A stretch of DNA of 64,000 bases. Source: Promethearchaeota archaeon (GTDB lineage Archaea; Asgardarchaeota; Lokiarchaeia; Sigyniarchaeales; SOKP01). The stretch is from contig JAEOTR010000060.1 of NCBI GenBank assembly GCA_016839705.1, forward strand, positions 64,001-128,000, given 5' to 3'. A model generated the notes under the pieces. The model did no database searches and had not been told where the DNA came from. It saw nothing but the letters and a program-made list of their open reading frames with translations. Below are positions 9,538 to 19,635 of the stretch, one piece after another. Each line of letters begins with the position of its first letter. The stretch's first letter is position 1. The translations under genes and the position numbers were made by a program.

Positions 9538-12027
9538 TTGGGGGTTTTTCCTGAAAATCCATGTGAGTTTGCCGTTGAGTTTATAAGAAGGATGAGAAAC
9601 CATCCAGATACGGTTCAAATTCCATCTTCAAGACAAGTTTTATCAATTCCAAAATTAATCGTCTCAAGATATTACCGTAAGGGTTCTGTAACTCCAAATG
9701 ATTTTATTGAAATTAGTACAGTTACGTCGTTTCCAGATAATCAAAATTTAGCAAAGGATATCGCATTTGAAGTTTTATTTCCGAATTATAAGAAAAATAT
9801 TATGAATTCTTTTTTTAATGATGGGGAAATAACTGAACTCGAAACCAAAAGTATCAGTACTGAAATAAAATCTGAATTAGACCAATTACAGGAATTAATT
9901 GATGAAATTGAAATGTCTCAATCAATAGATACAAATTTTATCCAACAAATGGAACAGTTTATGGAGACTCTGAACAAAAAAAGGGACGAAGATCTTATTA
10001 AAGCCGCAATGAACTTTTTTAATGATGATTCTGAATTATATAAGGAAGAGATAAATTCTTTTGATAAGTTACTTGAGGAAGCGAAAAAAAGGTTAATTCA
10101 AAGAATTAATTCGTTAGATCCTGATGATTTGAAAGCAAGTCATTCATTAGGATTAGATGATTTAATTCAAGAAAAATCAAAACGAACCTGGGAAAAATTA
10201 GCAACTAAAGCTCTTAATGATAAAGATATAACGCAAGATTTAGCGGATTTAATTAAATCTGGGAAAATTGAAGATTTAATACAATCTATCAAATATCTAG
10301 GTAAAACTAAAGCAGTTTCTAATGACATTCTACAAAATCTTAAGAATAACTTGCAAAATCATATTGATAATTTAGATCAATTGTTTAATGCCGCTAAAAC
10401 TTTAGGAGAAACTCCTAATTTTAATTTAGATGATATCTTAAATAATTCTCTACAATCTACCTCATTTGAACATAACTTTAATTTAGCAAATTCACTAGAT
10501 CAATTCTATGGAACTAACTTAAGAACCTCATTACTCGATAAGTTTAATCAACAAAATCCTAATTCTAAAATGAATCTTTCACTTGAATCATTAACTAAAA
10601 CAGCTTTTGCAAATAAATCGTGGAATAGTCTTTTCAATCAGGCACTCCAAAATGCTATAAAAGAAGCAATGCGTCAAAACAAAAAGTTTGAGGCTTTCAA
10701 ATCTCTTTCTCACCAACTACAGCAATTAGCAAATAGCTGTCAAAATTTACACTGTAGTCAAAAAATGGCTCAAAACCTTCCAAACCTTACATCTCTAACT
10801 TTAGAATCAAGTGAATCAGCGAATCAATTAAAAAACGTGACTGAATTCTTAAGAAAGATAGGTTTAAATCCCCAATCCGATGATATCAAAAGGATTGGTG
10901 AGAAACTTAATATGCCAGAGGAAGAAATTTATGAATTAATTGAACCAAATTATCAATTATTAAAAAAATTAGTTGAGAAAAAGACAGCAGATTTTCAGCG
11001 ATTAAGTAATTTGTTGAATCAAGTCAAGGATCAGTTAAACCCCGAAAGAGTTAATGAATTAATCGCTAGCGCATTAGCTTCTGATAACAGAGATGCTTTA
11101 GGTGCTTTAGGAAACTTCAATTTAAGTGAAGCCTTAAAAGGAGCCCAACAAGTTGGGGGTAAAGAGGCTCAGGATAAGATGATTTCCTGCTTATCAGCAG
11201 GAAGTGGGGAAAATTTACTTAAACAATGGTTTATGCATCGAGAGAAATTACCACAGAATGCAAAGCAAAAAGTAAAAGAATTAGCAAAGAAAGTATTAAT
11301 TGATCTCGGTATATACTATTCGCGTGCTCGTTTAGGTAGCTCTACAACTGGACCAATCCCGATAAATGTAGTAAGGCCTTATTCAATAGGGGATGATTTT
11401 GAAAATATAGACCTTGAAGAAACTATTTATAATATATTAGAAAAAGGGAAAAAACTAGATCATATAAAATATGATGATTTTTTCGTTTTTGAGACAGCTA
11501 AAGGTCTCAGAACAGCATGTTTTGAACTAGACATCTCAGGAAGTATGACTGGTGAAAAACTTGCCTATATGAGTATCTGTGTGACTATGCTTTGTTATGG
11601 AATGCGTAAGGATGAACTTGGAATCTCTTTCTTTGAATCTAATACGCATGTACTTAAAGATTTAAATCAAAAAATCGATTTAGAAAAATTAGCAGACGAT
11701 CTACTTTCTGTTTCTGCTCGAGGAGGTACAAAAATGCAAAGTGCTCTAGAATGGGCGAATAAGCAATTTAAAGAACATTCCTATTCACGTGAAAAATTAA
11801 ATGTACTGTTTACTGACGCAGAAATTTATGATCTTAAAGAAGCTCTGCAAGAATTTAGAATAATGCGTTCTCTAGGAGTAGACTTTATCTTAGTTTGCCC
11901 TGAAACCTCCTATAACCTAAAAGAAGCTAAAAAAATGGTTAAAGTTGCAGGAGGACAATTACTCACAATAAACAATTGGGATGAATTTCCAAAACTAATC
12001 TCTGAAATAATTAAATCAAGATTTTAA
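9538..12027 (+). CDS. VWA (MIDAS) domain protein, MoxR partner
   Basis: C-terminal DISGSM...GGT...FTD MIDAS; IDLEETI pre-VWA motif; co-operonic with MoxR (TTG start after GGGGGA). Confidence 0.85.
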   Translation: MGVFPENPCEFAVEFIRRMRNHPDTVQIPSSRQVLSIPKLIVSRYYRKGSVTPNDFIEISTVTSFPDNQNLAKDIAFEVLFPNYKKNIMNSFFNDGEITELETKSISTEIKSELDQLQELIDEIEMSQSIDTNFIQQMEQFMETLNKKRDEDLIKAAMNFFNDDSELYKEEINSFDKLLEEAKKRLIQRINSLDPDDLKASHSLGLDDLIQEKSKRTWEKLATKALNDKDITQDLADLIKSGKIEDLIQSIKYLGKTKAVSNDILQNLKNNLQNHIDNLDQLFNAAKTLGETPNFNLDDILNNSLQSTSFEHNFNLANSLDQFYGTNLRTSLLDKFNQQNPNSKMNLSLESLTKTAFANKSWNSLFNQALQNAIKEAMRQNKKFEAFKSLSHQLQQLANSCQNLHCSQKMAQNLPNLTSLTLESSESANQLKNVTEFLRKIGLNPQSDDIKRIGEKLNMPEEEIYELIEPNYQLLKKLVEKKTADFQRLSNLLNQVKDQLNPERVNELIASALASDNRDALGALGNFNLSEALKGAQQVGGKEAQDKMISCLSAGSGENLLKQWFMHREKLPQNAKQKVKELAKKVLIDLGIYYSRARLGSSTTGPIPINVVRPYSIGDDFENIDLEETIYNILEKGKKLDHIKYDDFFVFETAKGLRTACFELDISGSMTGEKLAYMSICVTMLCYGMRKDELGISFFESNTHVLKDLNQKIDLEKLADDLLSVSARGGTKMQSALEWANKQFKEHSYSREKLNVLFTDAEIYDLKEALQEFRIMRSLGVDFILVCPETSYNLKEAKKMVKVAGGQLLTINNWDEFPKLISEIIKSRF

Positions 12028-12035
12028 AGAAAAAA

Positions 12036-14384
12036 ATGACTGAAAAACCTATTTCAAGTTTAATAATTGAAAAGTTTGGTCTAGAATTTTATCAAAAATC
12101 TCTTAAATTCCCTAGTAATAAAATAAATATTTTTTTCATACGAGATGAACCATTAAAGATTAGAAGTGTCATTTTGGATAATGATCGTGAATATCATCTT
12201 ATCATCGATGAGAAAAACAATGAAATTTATCACGATTGCCCATTGTTTTTAATCCACTCAGAAAGAGATAAAAAGATTTGTGTGCATTTCATCAAATTGC
12301 TAATGAGTGTTAAAGTAAAATATTCAAACAAAATTTTATTAAAGTTAGATAAATATAGGCTATCTTCTGACGACTTAGGCTCTAAAAGAAAAGGAAAAAA
12401 CTTTCAAATATTGGCTAATAATTGCTACGATGCTAACAATTGTGTTGAGGCACTTAATTATTTGAATAAGGCAATAGTAAACCAATATAGCAATAAAGTT
12501 CTAATAAAACAGTTTCTAAATTTAGCAATTATTAATAATCTATTCATTGAGTTTTTTGAATTCTTGGAATACGGTTATGAGGATGGATTAAATGACTATT
12601 TCCTTCAGTATAATGATTATATTGAAGAAGGATTTAAAAAATTCCTCAATGTTATTCAAAAATATTCATTTTATAATTTACTAAAAATTGTTGAATCAAT
12701 AGATAGCATTATAGAATTTAATGGTGTTTCATTAGTAGCCTCTCTCATTAACAAATTAAAGAAACTCATAAATAGTGAACATTTTAATGACAATTATTTC
12801 TCTATATATATTATAATGAAATATAAAAGGGATTTGGTTGAATATAATTCTGAGTTTAAGGATATAATTACTCAAGATAGACTAAATAGACTTAAAGATA
12901 AATTGATTGATTATTTTAAATCTGAAATTGATAATTTTTGTTTAATCGACAAACTAAAACTATTAAAAAAACATTTTAGTATAATAGGAATTCCCAAAGT
13001 AATATTTAATCGTAACTATAAAAACTACAAGCAAGAAATAAAACAACTGGAGAAAAAATTATATTTAAAAAAATTTGCATTTATGAAATTATTGATAGAA
13101 AAGTACAACATAAACATTATTAAAGGTGATTTCAAAAAAAAAAGAAACGCCTATATTGTAAAACATGATGAAGAAAATTTAACGAATCCTGTTTATCACT
13201 ACATAATCACACGCATTGGGTTCTTTGGGTTAAATGATCAAACAATTAAGTCTTCAGAAATTGGATTTAACTATTTTTTTATAAAAGAATTATTCTTAGA
13301 TGATTTAAGGGCTTTTCAGGATGTTAATTACTATAAAACACAATTCTGGGGTGAAAATGATTATAGTATTAATTCAGTTGACGGATTTTCTTTATTAAGT
13401 AAAAATGTGGAATACAGTTATGAGGGTGAACAAAAATATTCTGATGATGTGAACATTATTGAATGGGATTTAGCCAGTAAACCAATCCAAGGAAGTATTG
13501 TTAGTGCTTATGGTTCTCAGATAATAATCCCTGATCAGAATAATTCCTTATTTCATGATTTAAAACCTTTTGATCTTTGTTATTGTAAAAAAACTCCAGT
13601 TAAAATTGAGAGTAACTTAATTAAAACTGTTAACGTGATTGCAAAATGCTCATTTAAGGATGTGATAAAAAGTGTTTCTTTAGGAATGACTTTTATTGAG
13701 GGATATTTTCCACTTTCTCTTGTCAAAGCAGTATTAGATAAAGAAATAAATCCATTTCAAGCAAACCAATTAGTAGTCGAAAACCCTAACAAAACATTTA
13801 TCCCAAATTATACTCAATTCGTTCAATCGTTTAGAGAGTTTCTATTTAGTTTTGTTTTTAAAGAAAAGAAATTTGTTTATGAAGAATTAAAATCTGATTT
13901 TGCTTCAAAAATAGATCAATTACTTCTATTATTAGATTTAACAAATGAATTAAACGGCTTGAATTTACCTTTTATCGAAATCATAAATGACCTACTATCT
14001 CTAGATCTCAATTTAAATGATATGAGATCTAAAATTTTAAGTGAAACTCATAGATATATAAAAAATATTTTAGATAAGCGAATTCGCGGAAGTACTGAGC
14101 TATTTGAACTGAAAAAGTTAAAGAATTCCCCGTTCATAAAATATACGAATGAGATTTTAAAAATAAGAAAAGAAGAATTTGAAGCAACAAACGTTTTAAA
14201 ATATTATGAAGATGGTGAACTAAAATATGATCTTACTGAAATAAGTAAAACATATTATGGTAAAAAATTCTTGGGGATTCTTCAATGTAGATATTTGACC
14301 CTGAAACCAGATGAATTCAAAAAATTCCAAAAATATTCTTTAAAATTGAACTTTCAATTGAATATTATCGAAAATCACACTTAA
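12036..14384 (+). CDS. Hypothetical protein with N-terminal SWIM-like zinc finger
   Basis: YHDCPLF...KICVHFIKLL (HxC...CxH), followed by helical/TPR-like segments. Confidence 0.65.
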   Translation: MTEKPISSLIIEKFGLEFYQKSLKFPSNKINIFFIRDEPLKIRSVILDNDREYHLIIDEKNNEIYHDCPLFLIHSERDKKICVHFIKLLMSVKVKYSNKILLKLDKYRLSSDDLGSKRKGKNFQILANNCYDANNCVEALNYLNKAIVNQYSNKVLIKQFLNLAIINNLFIEFFEFLEYGYEDGLNDYFLQYNDYIEEGFKKFLNVIQKYSFYNLLKIVESIDSIIEFNGVSLVASLINKLKKLINSEHFNDNYFSIYIIMKYKRDLVEYNSEFKDIITQDRLNRLKDKLIDYFKSEIDNFCLIDKLKLLKKHFSIIGIPKVIFNRNYKNYKQEIKQLEKKLYLKKFAFMKLLIEKYNINIIKGDFKKKRNAYIVKHDEENLTNPVYHYIITRIGFFGLNDQTIKSSEIGFNYFFIKELFLDDLRAFQDVNYYKTQFWGENDYSINSVDGFSLLSKNVEYSYEGEQKYSDDVNIIEWDLASKPIQGSIVSAYGSQIIIPDQNNSLFHDLKPFDLCYCKKTPVKIESNLIKTVNVIAKCSFKDVIKSVSLGMTFIEGYFPLSLVKAVLDKEINPFQANQLVVENPNKTFIPNYTQFVQSFREFLFSFVFKEKKFVYEELKSDFASKIDQLLLLLDLTNELNGLNLPFIEIINDLLSLDLNLNDMRSKILSETHRYIKNILDKRIRGSTELFELKKLKNSPFIKYTNEILKIRKEEFEATNVLKYYEDGELKYDLTEISKTYYGKKFLGILQCRYLTLKPDEFKKFQKYSLKLNFQLNIIENHT

Positions 14385-14386
14385 CA

Positions 14387-14713
14387 TTAATTCATTGAAT
14401 TAAATCTCAATTTTCCATAATTTACTTCATAACCTGGCATATACAAATAATTTCCTGTTCTTATATTTGTAATTGCATAAATTAAATTCTCGGGTAATCC
14501 TTCAAAATTGCTGTTTCCTTCCCATATATTAAATTCACCTCTATTATTAGATATGAGTGTATTATAGATTGTTAAATTTATTTTAGAATACTCTGTATCT
14601 CCTAATATTTTAGCTATTGAATGCAGAAGTGGGACAATATATTGAAATTTTTGATTAATTGGAGTTTTCTGATCACTTAATTTATATACTTGAGAAATCA
14701 ATCCTTTTGTCAA
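14387..14713 (-). CDS. Hypothetical protein (may extend upstream to include a CPYC motif)
   Basis: 108-aa ORF filling the intergenic gap; the frame stays open upstream as ...INKCPYCFKDLTKG. Confidence 0.5.
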   Translation of the reverse strand: MTKGLISQVYKLSDQKTPINQKFQYIVPLLHSIAKILGDTEYSKINLTIYNTLISNNRGEFNIWEGNSNFEGLPENLIYAITNIRTGNYLYMPGYEVNYGKLRFNSMN

Positions 14714-14885
14714 GTCTTTAAAGCAATAAGGACATTTATTAATGTTGAGTTTAGGACTACATTTTGAAATAAGAATTAATAAATTTTAGAAATTGAGATA
14801 TGAATATGTTTTTATTTTGCATAAATTTTATTCTAAATAGAAACTGAAAGTTAAATTTAAAAATAGTAAATATAACCCTCTAAAA

Positions 14886-16172
14886 ATGAAAAATAGTAAT
14901 CTCCAACATCCCTCTAAAGATATTATTGAAAGTAAAGGAACAATTCTTAGCGGAAAGACTATCTGTTTGTGTTTAACTGGCTCTGTGGCAGTCGTTTCTT
15001 CTCCTATTGTTGCACGAGAACTTATGAGGCTAGGTGCCGAAGTAATTTCTGTTATGTCTAAAGCTGCTACTGAATTAATTAACCCTGCTTTAATGGAATG
15101 GGCAACGGGAAATAAAGTTATCACTAAATTAACTGGGGCTGTTGAACATATATATTTAGCTGGAGATAGACCAGGAGCTAAGGGGAAAGCGGATTTAATT
15201 TTGATTTGTCCTGCTACTGCAAATACCATATCTAAAATTGCGTGTGGAATTGATGACACCCCTGTAACCACTGTAGCTACCACATCGTTTGGTTCATCCA
15301 TCCCAATTGTTATTGTACCTGCAATGCATGAAAGCATGTACAAACATCCAATATTGCAGGAAAATGAAACTAAATTAAAAGAATGTGGAATTGATATATT
15401 AGTTCCAAGAATTACAGAAGGAAAAGCAAAAATTGCTCGAATTGATGACATTATTGATAGAGTTATTGATATATTAGTCTCTAAAAAAGATTTAGATGGA
15501 AAAAAGGTATTAATTACTGCTGGACCAACTAGAGAAGCAATAGATTCAGTTCGATTTGTTTCAAATAAGTCCTCTGGAAAAATGGGAGTGGAAATTGCTA
15601 AAGAAGCAGCAGCTAGAGGAGCGGAAGTATTACTAATTGCGGGAAAATGTAATGTTAAGTTGCCGGAGTATATAGAGACTATTCACGTGGTTTCAACTGA
15701 TGATTTTATTAAAGCAGTCAAGGATGAAATCTCATATAAAAACTACGATCTTTTTATCTCTGCGGCTGCTATTAGTGACTATAAACCAATCGAATGTATT
15801 GAGGGTAAAATCTCTTCTGATAATATTGAAGAAATACATCTCAATATGAAATTAACACCCAAAATAATAAATGTCGCAAGGAAAAAAGATTATAACTTAT
15901 TTATTGTTGCATTTAAAGCAGAAACAAATGTATCTAGAACAGAATTGATTAATAGAGCATATAATAGGCTAGTTAAATCTGAAGTTGATTTGATTGTGGC
16001 AAATGATATCGGGAGGGATGATATAGGATTTGCTAGTAAACATAATGAAGTTTATATTATCGATAAAAAGAAACATATAACTCACGTGGAGAGAAATACT
16101 AAACGATATATTGCATCCAAAATTCTTGATGTTGCTTTAGAGGTATATAAAGCAAAAGAAATTAAACATTAG
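14886..16172 (+). CDS. coaBC: Bifunctional phosphopantothenoylcysteine decarboxylase/synthetase
   Basis: LTGSVA, PATANTISKIACGIDD, VPAMH, LITAGPTRE.ID.VRFVSNKSSGKMG, AAAISDY and FKAET. Confidence 0.96.
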   Translation: MKNSNLQHPSKDIIESKGTILSGKTICLCLTGSVAVVSSPIVARELMRLGAEVISVMSKAATELINPALMEWATGNKVITKLTGAVEHIYLAGDRPGAKGKADLILICPATANTISKIACGIDDTPVTTVATTSFGSSIPIVIVPAMHESMYKHPILQENETKLKECGIDILVPRITEGKAKIARIDDIIDRVIDILVSKKDLDGKKVLITAGPTREAIDSVRFVSNKSSGKMGVEIAKEAAARGAEVLLIAGKCNVKLPEYIETIHVVSTDDFIKAVKDEISYKNYDLFISAAAISDYKPIECIEGKISSDNIEEIHLNMKLTPKIINVARKKDYNLFIVAFKAETNVSRTELINRAYNRLVKSEVDLIVANDIGRDDIGFASKHNEVYIIDKKKHITHVERNTKRYIASKILDVALEVYKAKEIKH

Positions 16173-16436
16173 TTCAATCCAGAATAGAATTTTTACGTCT
16201 TCTCTTGAAATTAAAATTTTTTTATACTTTTTTCAGTAAGGTAAATATTTAAATACTAAATTAATTACAGTAAGAAGTGAAGAAACAAGTAAATTTAATG
16301 CAAAAACAAAACAATTATAATATTAGTTTTTCAATCTGAGAAACTAAATCTTCTTAAAAATCTGGAAAAAAAAGAATTTATATTCTTATTTTATTTTAAA
16401 GATTAATGAGTAAAAAAGTAAAAGAGTGCGTTTAAA

Positions 16437-19400
16437 ATTTCATCAAAAGAAGAAGGAAAGATAAAACAAGGTACGATCGCAGAATATATGCGAAAGAGAA
16501 CCCAATTAGTTGGATTTGAATACGGTTATTGGAAACATGTTCAATACTGTGCTGAATTTATTGATAATGCACTTGATGCAATAGAAAGCTTCCAATGGAA
16601 AGAATTAAGAAAACCAGATTCAAAAGTTAAATTTTCTCTTGACCAAGAACTATTTTTGGAGAAGTTCTCGATTGTAGAAGCTGCAAAAGAGGAAAAAAGG
16701 ACTCAACACTTAAATAATGAGGCAAAACATACTCTAATGCGAGAATTAGGGATAGAAACATCTAAATCAGAGCAAAATTCTGTTTTGAATTTAGAAGTAA
16801 AAGATGAGGAATCTGGGGAGATTATTGACAAAGAAGAATTAGAAGTGGAAGAAGAAGTAAAAAGGATTATTGATGACATGCAAGAAATCATTAAACCCGT
16901 AGAAAATATAATTGACGTGGAACCGATAGTTATTGTTCGAATTAGAGAATATGAAGCACCATCATTTTTAACGTCTGAAATAAGTCAAAAAAATGTTATG
17001 AGCTTTATTTTTGAGATATTTGATAATGGAACTGGAATGTCGAAAATTGATTTAAGAAAATTTGGGAAATATCTTGCTTCATCAAAATCACTGGAATTAA
17101 AACAAACAAGAGGTAGTCAAGGTTTTGGATCTCCAAGCGCCTTTAGCGATGCACAAAACACAACTGGAAAGCCAATTGTAGCTGTTTCGAAGTCTGCGGA
17201 AAATGTTTATGCCACCGTTAGTGAATTTTTTACTACCTCTAAAAATGAGAAGAAATATTTAATTCACCCATCCGATATAGATAGTCCATTTTTACATGGA
17301 ACATACATTAAATTAAATTATTTAAATGTTAAATATGTTAGAGGGTATGTTGAGAAGTATATTGAAGAAACCGCCTTTATGAACCCTCATATTACTGTTA
17401 TTTATATTGATCCATACGGAAAAGAAAAAATTTATCGCCGATTGGCGTCTTATTTTCCAAACGAGCCTAGATATGCAAAACCTCATCCCTCATCGGTTAA
17501 TATTGGTGATCTCCAGGATTTAATCTCAAAATCTGAAAACAAATCAATCTCAGCATTCTTAAAAGAAAATTTTGTAAGGATTACGTCAAAAACAGCTAAG
17601 GAAATTATTGATCTAGCTGAAAAAAACCTTCAGGATAAATTTAATCTTTTGATTCTTAAAGAGGGATTTGTTAATAAGATTCAAAAAAAAGGAGAAAAAA
17701 TCCAGTTTTTAAAATTTGAAAAAAGAGTGTTTGGGCGTTCAACTAAACCAAGAGATAAACTAATAATTTATGAACTTAATTCTGAGGAACTTATTGAAAA
17801 TTATTGGAATATAATACAAAAGTACATAAAAATTGATAAGGATCAAGAAAAAATCAATAAAGAAATCAAAAAAGTCAATATACGAATAGAACAAGTTGAA
17901 ACTCAAAAGGATAAAAAGAATCTGGAAAAGGAACTAAAAGTATTATTTAAAAAAATTGATGAAATTAAATCTGGAAAGGAAAAAATTAAACTAGAATTGG
18001 ATAATTTATTTAAAACGAATAAATCGGGATTAATTGAATTAAAAAAACTCACAAATCGAAGTGATTTTGAAGATTTAATAAGAGAAGTAGATTTATCTAA
18101 AGCGAAACCAAGCGATATTACAAAAGAGCAATTTAATTCACTTTTCTTTGCATTTAAATCAATTAAATACATGGCACCGCCAACCGATACGGCCATTCCT
18201 GTTGGAGAATTGATTTTGGAAAATACTTTAATAAAAGAAATCGGGCTTAAAATATCCGTAGATATTGATAATTTTGATATACCAATAGAAAATATTAATA
18301 AAACTATTGATATTATATCTGAAGAGAAGAAAAAAATTTTAAATGATGAAGATTCCAAGAGGGATTCTGAAACTAGTAAAAGTATTACTGTTCAATCAGA
18401 AGAAATCATTAATCTTAATTCTGACATATTAAGAGATGTTAATATAATCGATGAGAGGATAGAAGATCAACAGATAAAACAAATATTCGAAGATCTTATA
18501 GGAATTTCTGAAGTTGAATCAGTTGATAATTATGGGGATGTATTTGAATATTTTATTGAAAATTATACAAAAGATGATGATTTTGTCTCAGCAGAGACAA
18601 GAACACCTACTAGTGGAAAGGGATTAGCATATGTTGTTGAAGCTGTTTTGGCTTACTCAAGAAATATTGAAGTTCCAAAACGTTCAAGAGATGTATTGTC
18701 TAGATTTGTGAATAGAACACCCAAGTTAAGAGATAGTGCTGATTGTGCAATCACAAAAGCAGTTCAATCAGTAAACTGGAAAAATTACAATCTTGAGAGC
18801 TATGATAATGGTTTACCAAAAGGTCCTATAAAATTACTCGTAAACGTTTCTGGGCCATTTGTACATTTAATGTTTAAATCTCAATCAAAAAATGCTTTAG
18901 CTGATGATGAAGATTTAATAAAAGAAATGAAATATTGCCTCGAGGCAATAGGAAGAAGACTTCGAGTTTACATTAATCGAAAAGCGAATATTCATAGAAG
19001 TGAAAAGAGATCTAGTTTAATCGAAAAGTATATCCCCCGGTTCGCTGAAACCGTGTATAATATCGCCTCTAAGGGAGAGAGTAAATTTAAAGCAAGGCTT
19101 GATCTTAAAGAAATTGAAACATTAATGAGGGAGGCAATTGGGAAGAAATATATTCCACCTATTAAAAGAGATTTGAAACCCGAAAAACCTGAAATAGAAG
19201 AAGTTAAAGAGATACAAGAAGTTAAAGAAAAAGAAAAAGTACCAGAAGAAACAAAAATAATAGAGAAAGAAAAACCAGCAGAAAAAGAACAAATCTCTAA
19301 AATAGAAAAACGAGAACCCTTGATAGATGTAAAAAAAGAAGTTAAAACCCAAATTTCAAAACCGACAATTAAAAAAGCACCCAAAAAACCTATCACAAAA

Positions 19401-19634
19401 CCACCAGCTTCAAAACCAACATCTACTCAAATGACTCTACCAGTTATAACTACTGATGCGATTTTAAAAGTTTTATCCAATGATTGGCAAACAATTAAGC
19501 ATCTGATTTTTAAACTAAAAATTAAAGATATGATGGATGCAAGATATCTCCAACTGAAACTCAAAGAATTAGAACGTAAAGGAGAAGTGTTAGTAGAACT
19601 AAAAATGGGAAGAAAGCATTGGAAATTGAAATAG
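16437..19634 (+). CDS. top6B: DNA topoisomerase VI subunit B, strongly expanded; start probably upstream of ATG 16488
   Basis: GHKL motifs EFIDNALDA, DNGTGM, QTRGSQGFG; KPHP; transducer RFVNRTP...VNWKNY. The conserved N-terminal GTIAEYMRKRTQLVGF begins before the first ATG. Confidence 0.9.
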   Translation: MSSKEEGKIKQGTIAEYMRKRTQLVGFEYGYWKHVQYCAEFIDNALDAIESFQWKELRKPDSKVKFSLDQELFLEKFSIVEAAKEEKRTQHLNNEAKHTLMRELGIETSKSEQNSVLNLEVKDEESGEIIDKEELEVEEEVKRIIDDMQEIIKPVENIIDVEPIVIVRIREYEAPSFLTSEISQKNVMSFIFEIFDNGTGMSKIDLRKFGKYLASSKSLELKQTRGSQGFGSPSAFSDAQNTTGKPIVAVSKSAENVYATVSEFFTTSKNEKKYLIHPSDIDSPFLHGTYIKLNYLNVKYVRGYVEKYIEETAFMNPHITVIYIDPYGKEKIYRRLASYFPNEPRYAKPHPSSVNIGDLQDLISKSENKSISAFLKENFVRITSKTAKEIIDLAEKNLQDKFNLLILKEGFVNKIQKKGEKIQFLKFEKRVFGRSTKPRDKLIIYELNSEELIENYWNIIQKYIKIDKDQEKINKEIKKVNIRIEQVETQKDKKNLEKELKVLFKKIDEIKSGKEKIKLELDNLFKTNKSGLIELKKLTNRSDFEDLIREVDLSKAKPSDITKEQFNSLFFAFKSIKYMAPPTDTAIPVGELILENTLIKEIGLKISVDIDNFDIPIENINKTIDIISEEKKKILNDEDSKRDSETSKSITVQSEEIINLNSDILRDVNIIDERIEDQQIKQIFEDLIGISEVESVDNYGDVFEYFIENYTKDDDFVSAETRTPTSGKGLAYVVEAVLAYSRNIEVPKRSRDVLSRFVNRTPKLRDSADCAITKAVQSVNWKNYNLESYDNGLPKGPIKLLVNVSGPFVHLMFKSQSKNALADDEDLIKEMKYCLEAIGRRLRVYINRKANIHRSEKRSSLIEKYIPRFAETVYNIASKGESKFKARLDLKEIETLMREAIGKKYIPPIKRDLKPEKPEIEEVKEIQEVKEKEKVPEETKIIEKEKPAEKEQISKIEKREPLIDVKKEVKTQISKPTIKKAPKKPITKPPASKPTSTQMTLPVITTDAILKVLSNDWQTIKHLIFKLKIKDMMDARYLQLKLKELERKGEVLVELKMGRKHWKLK

Positions 19635-19635
19635 G

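Noticed and set aside
16323-16347. Inverted repeat TTAGTTTTTCA-ATC-TGAGAAACTAA upstream of top6B
   Set aside because: Single AT-rich instance with no second copy noticed; an operator or ncRNA call cannot be supported.
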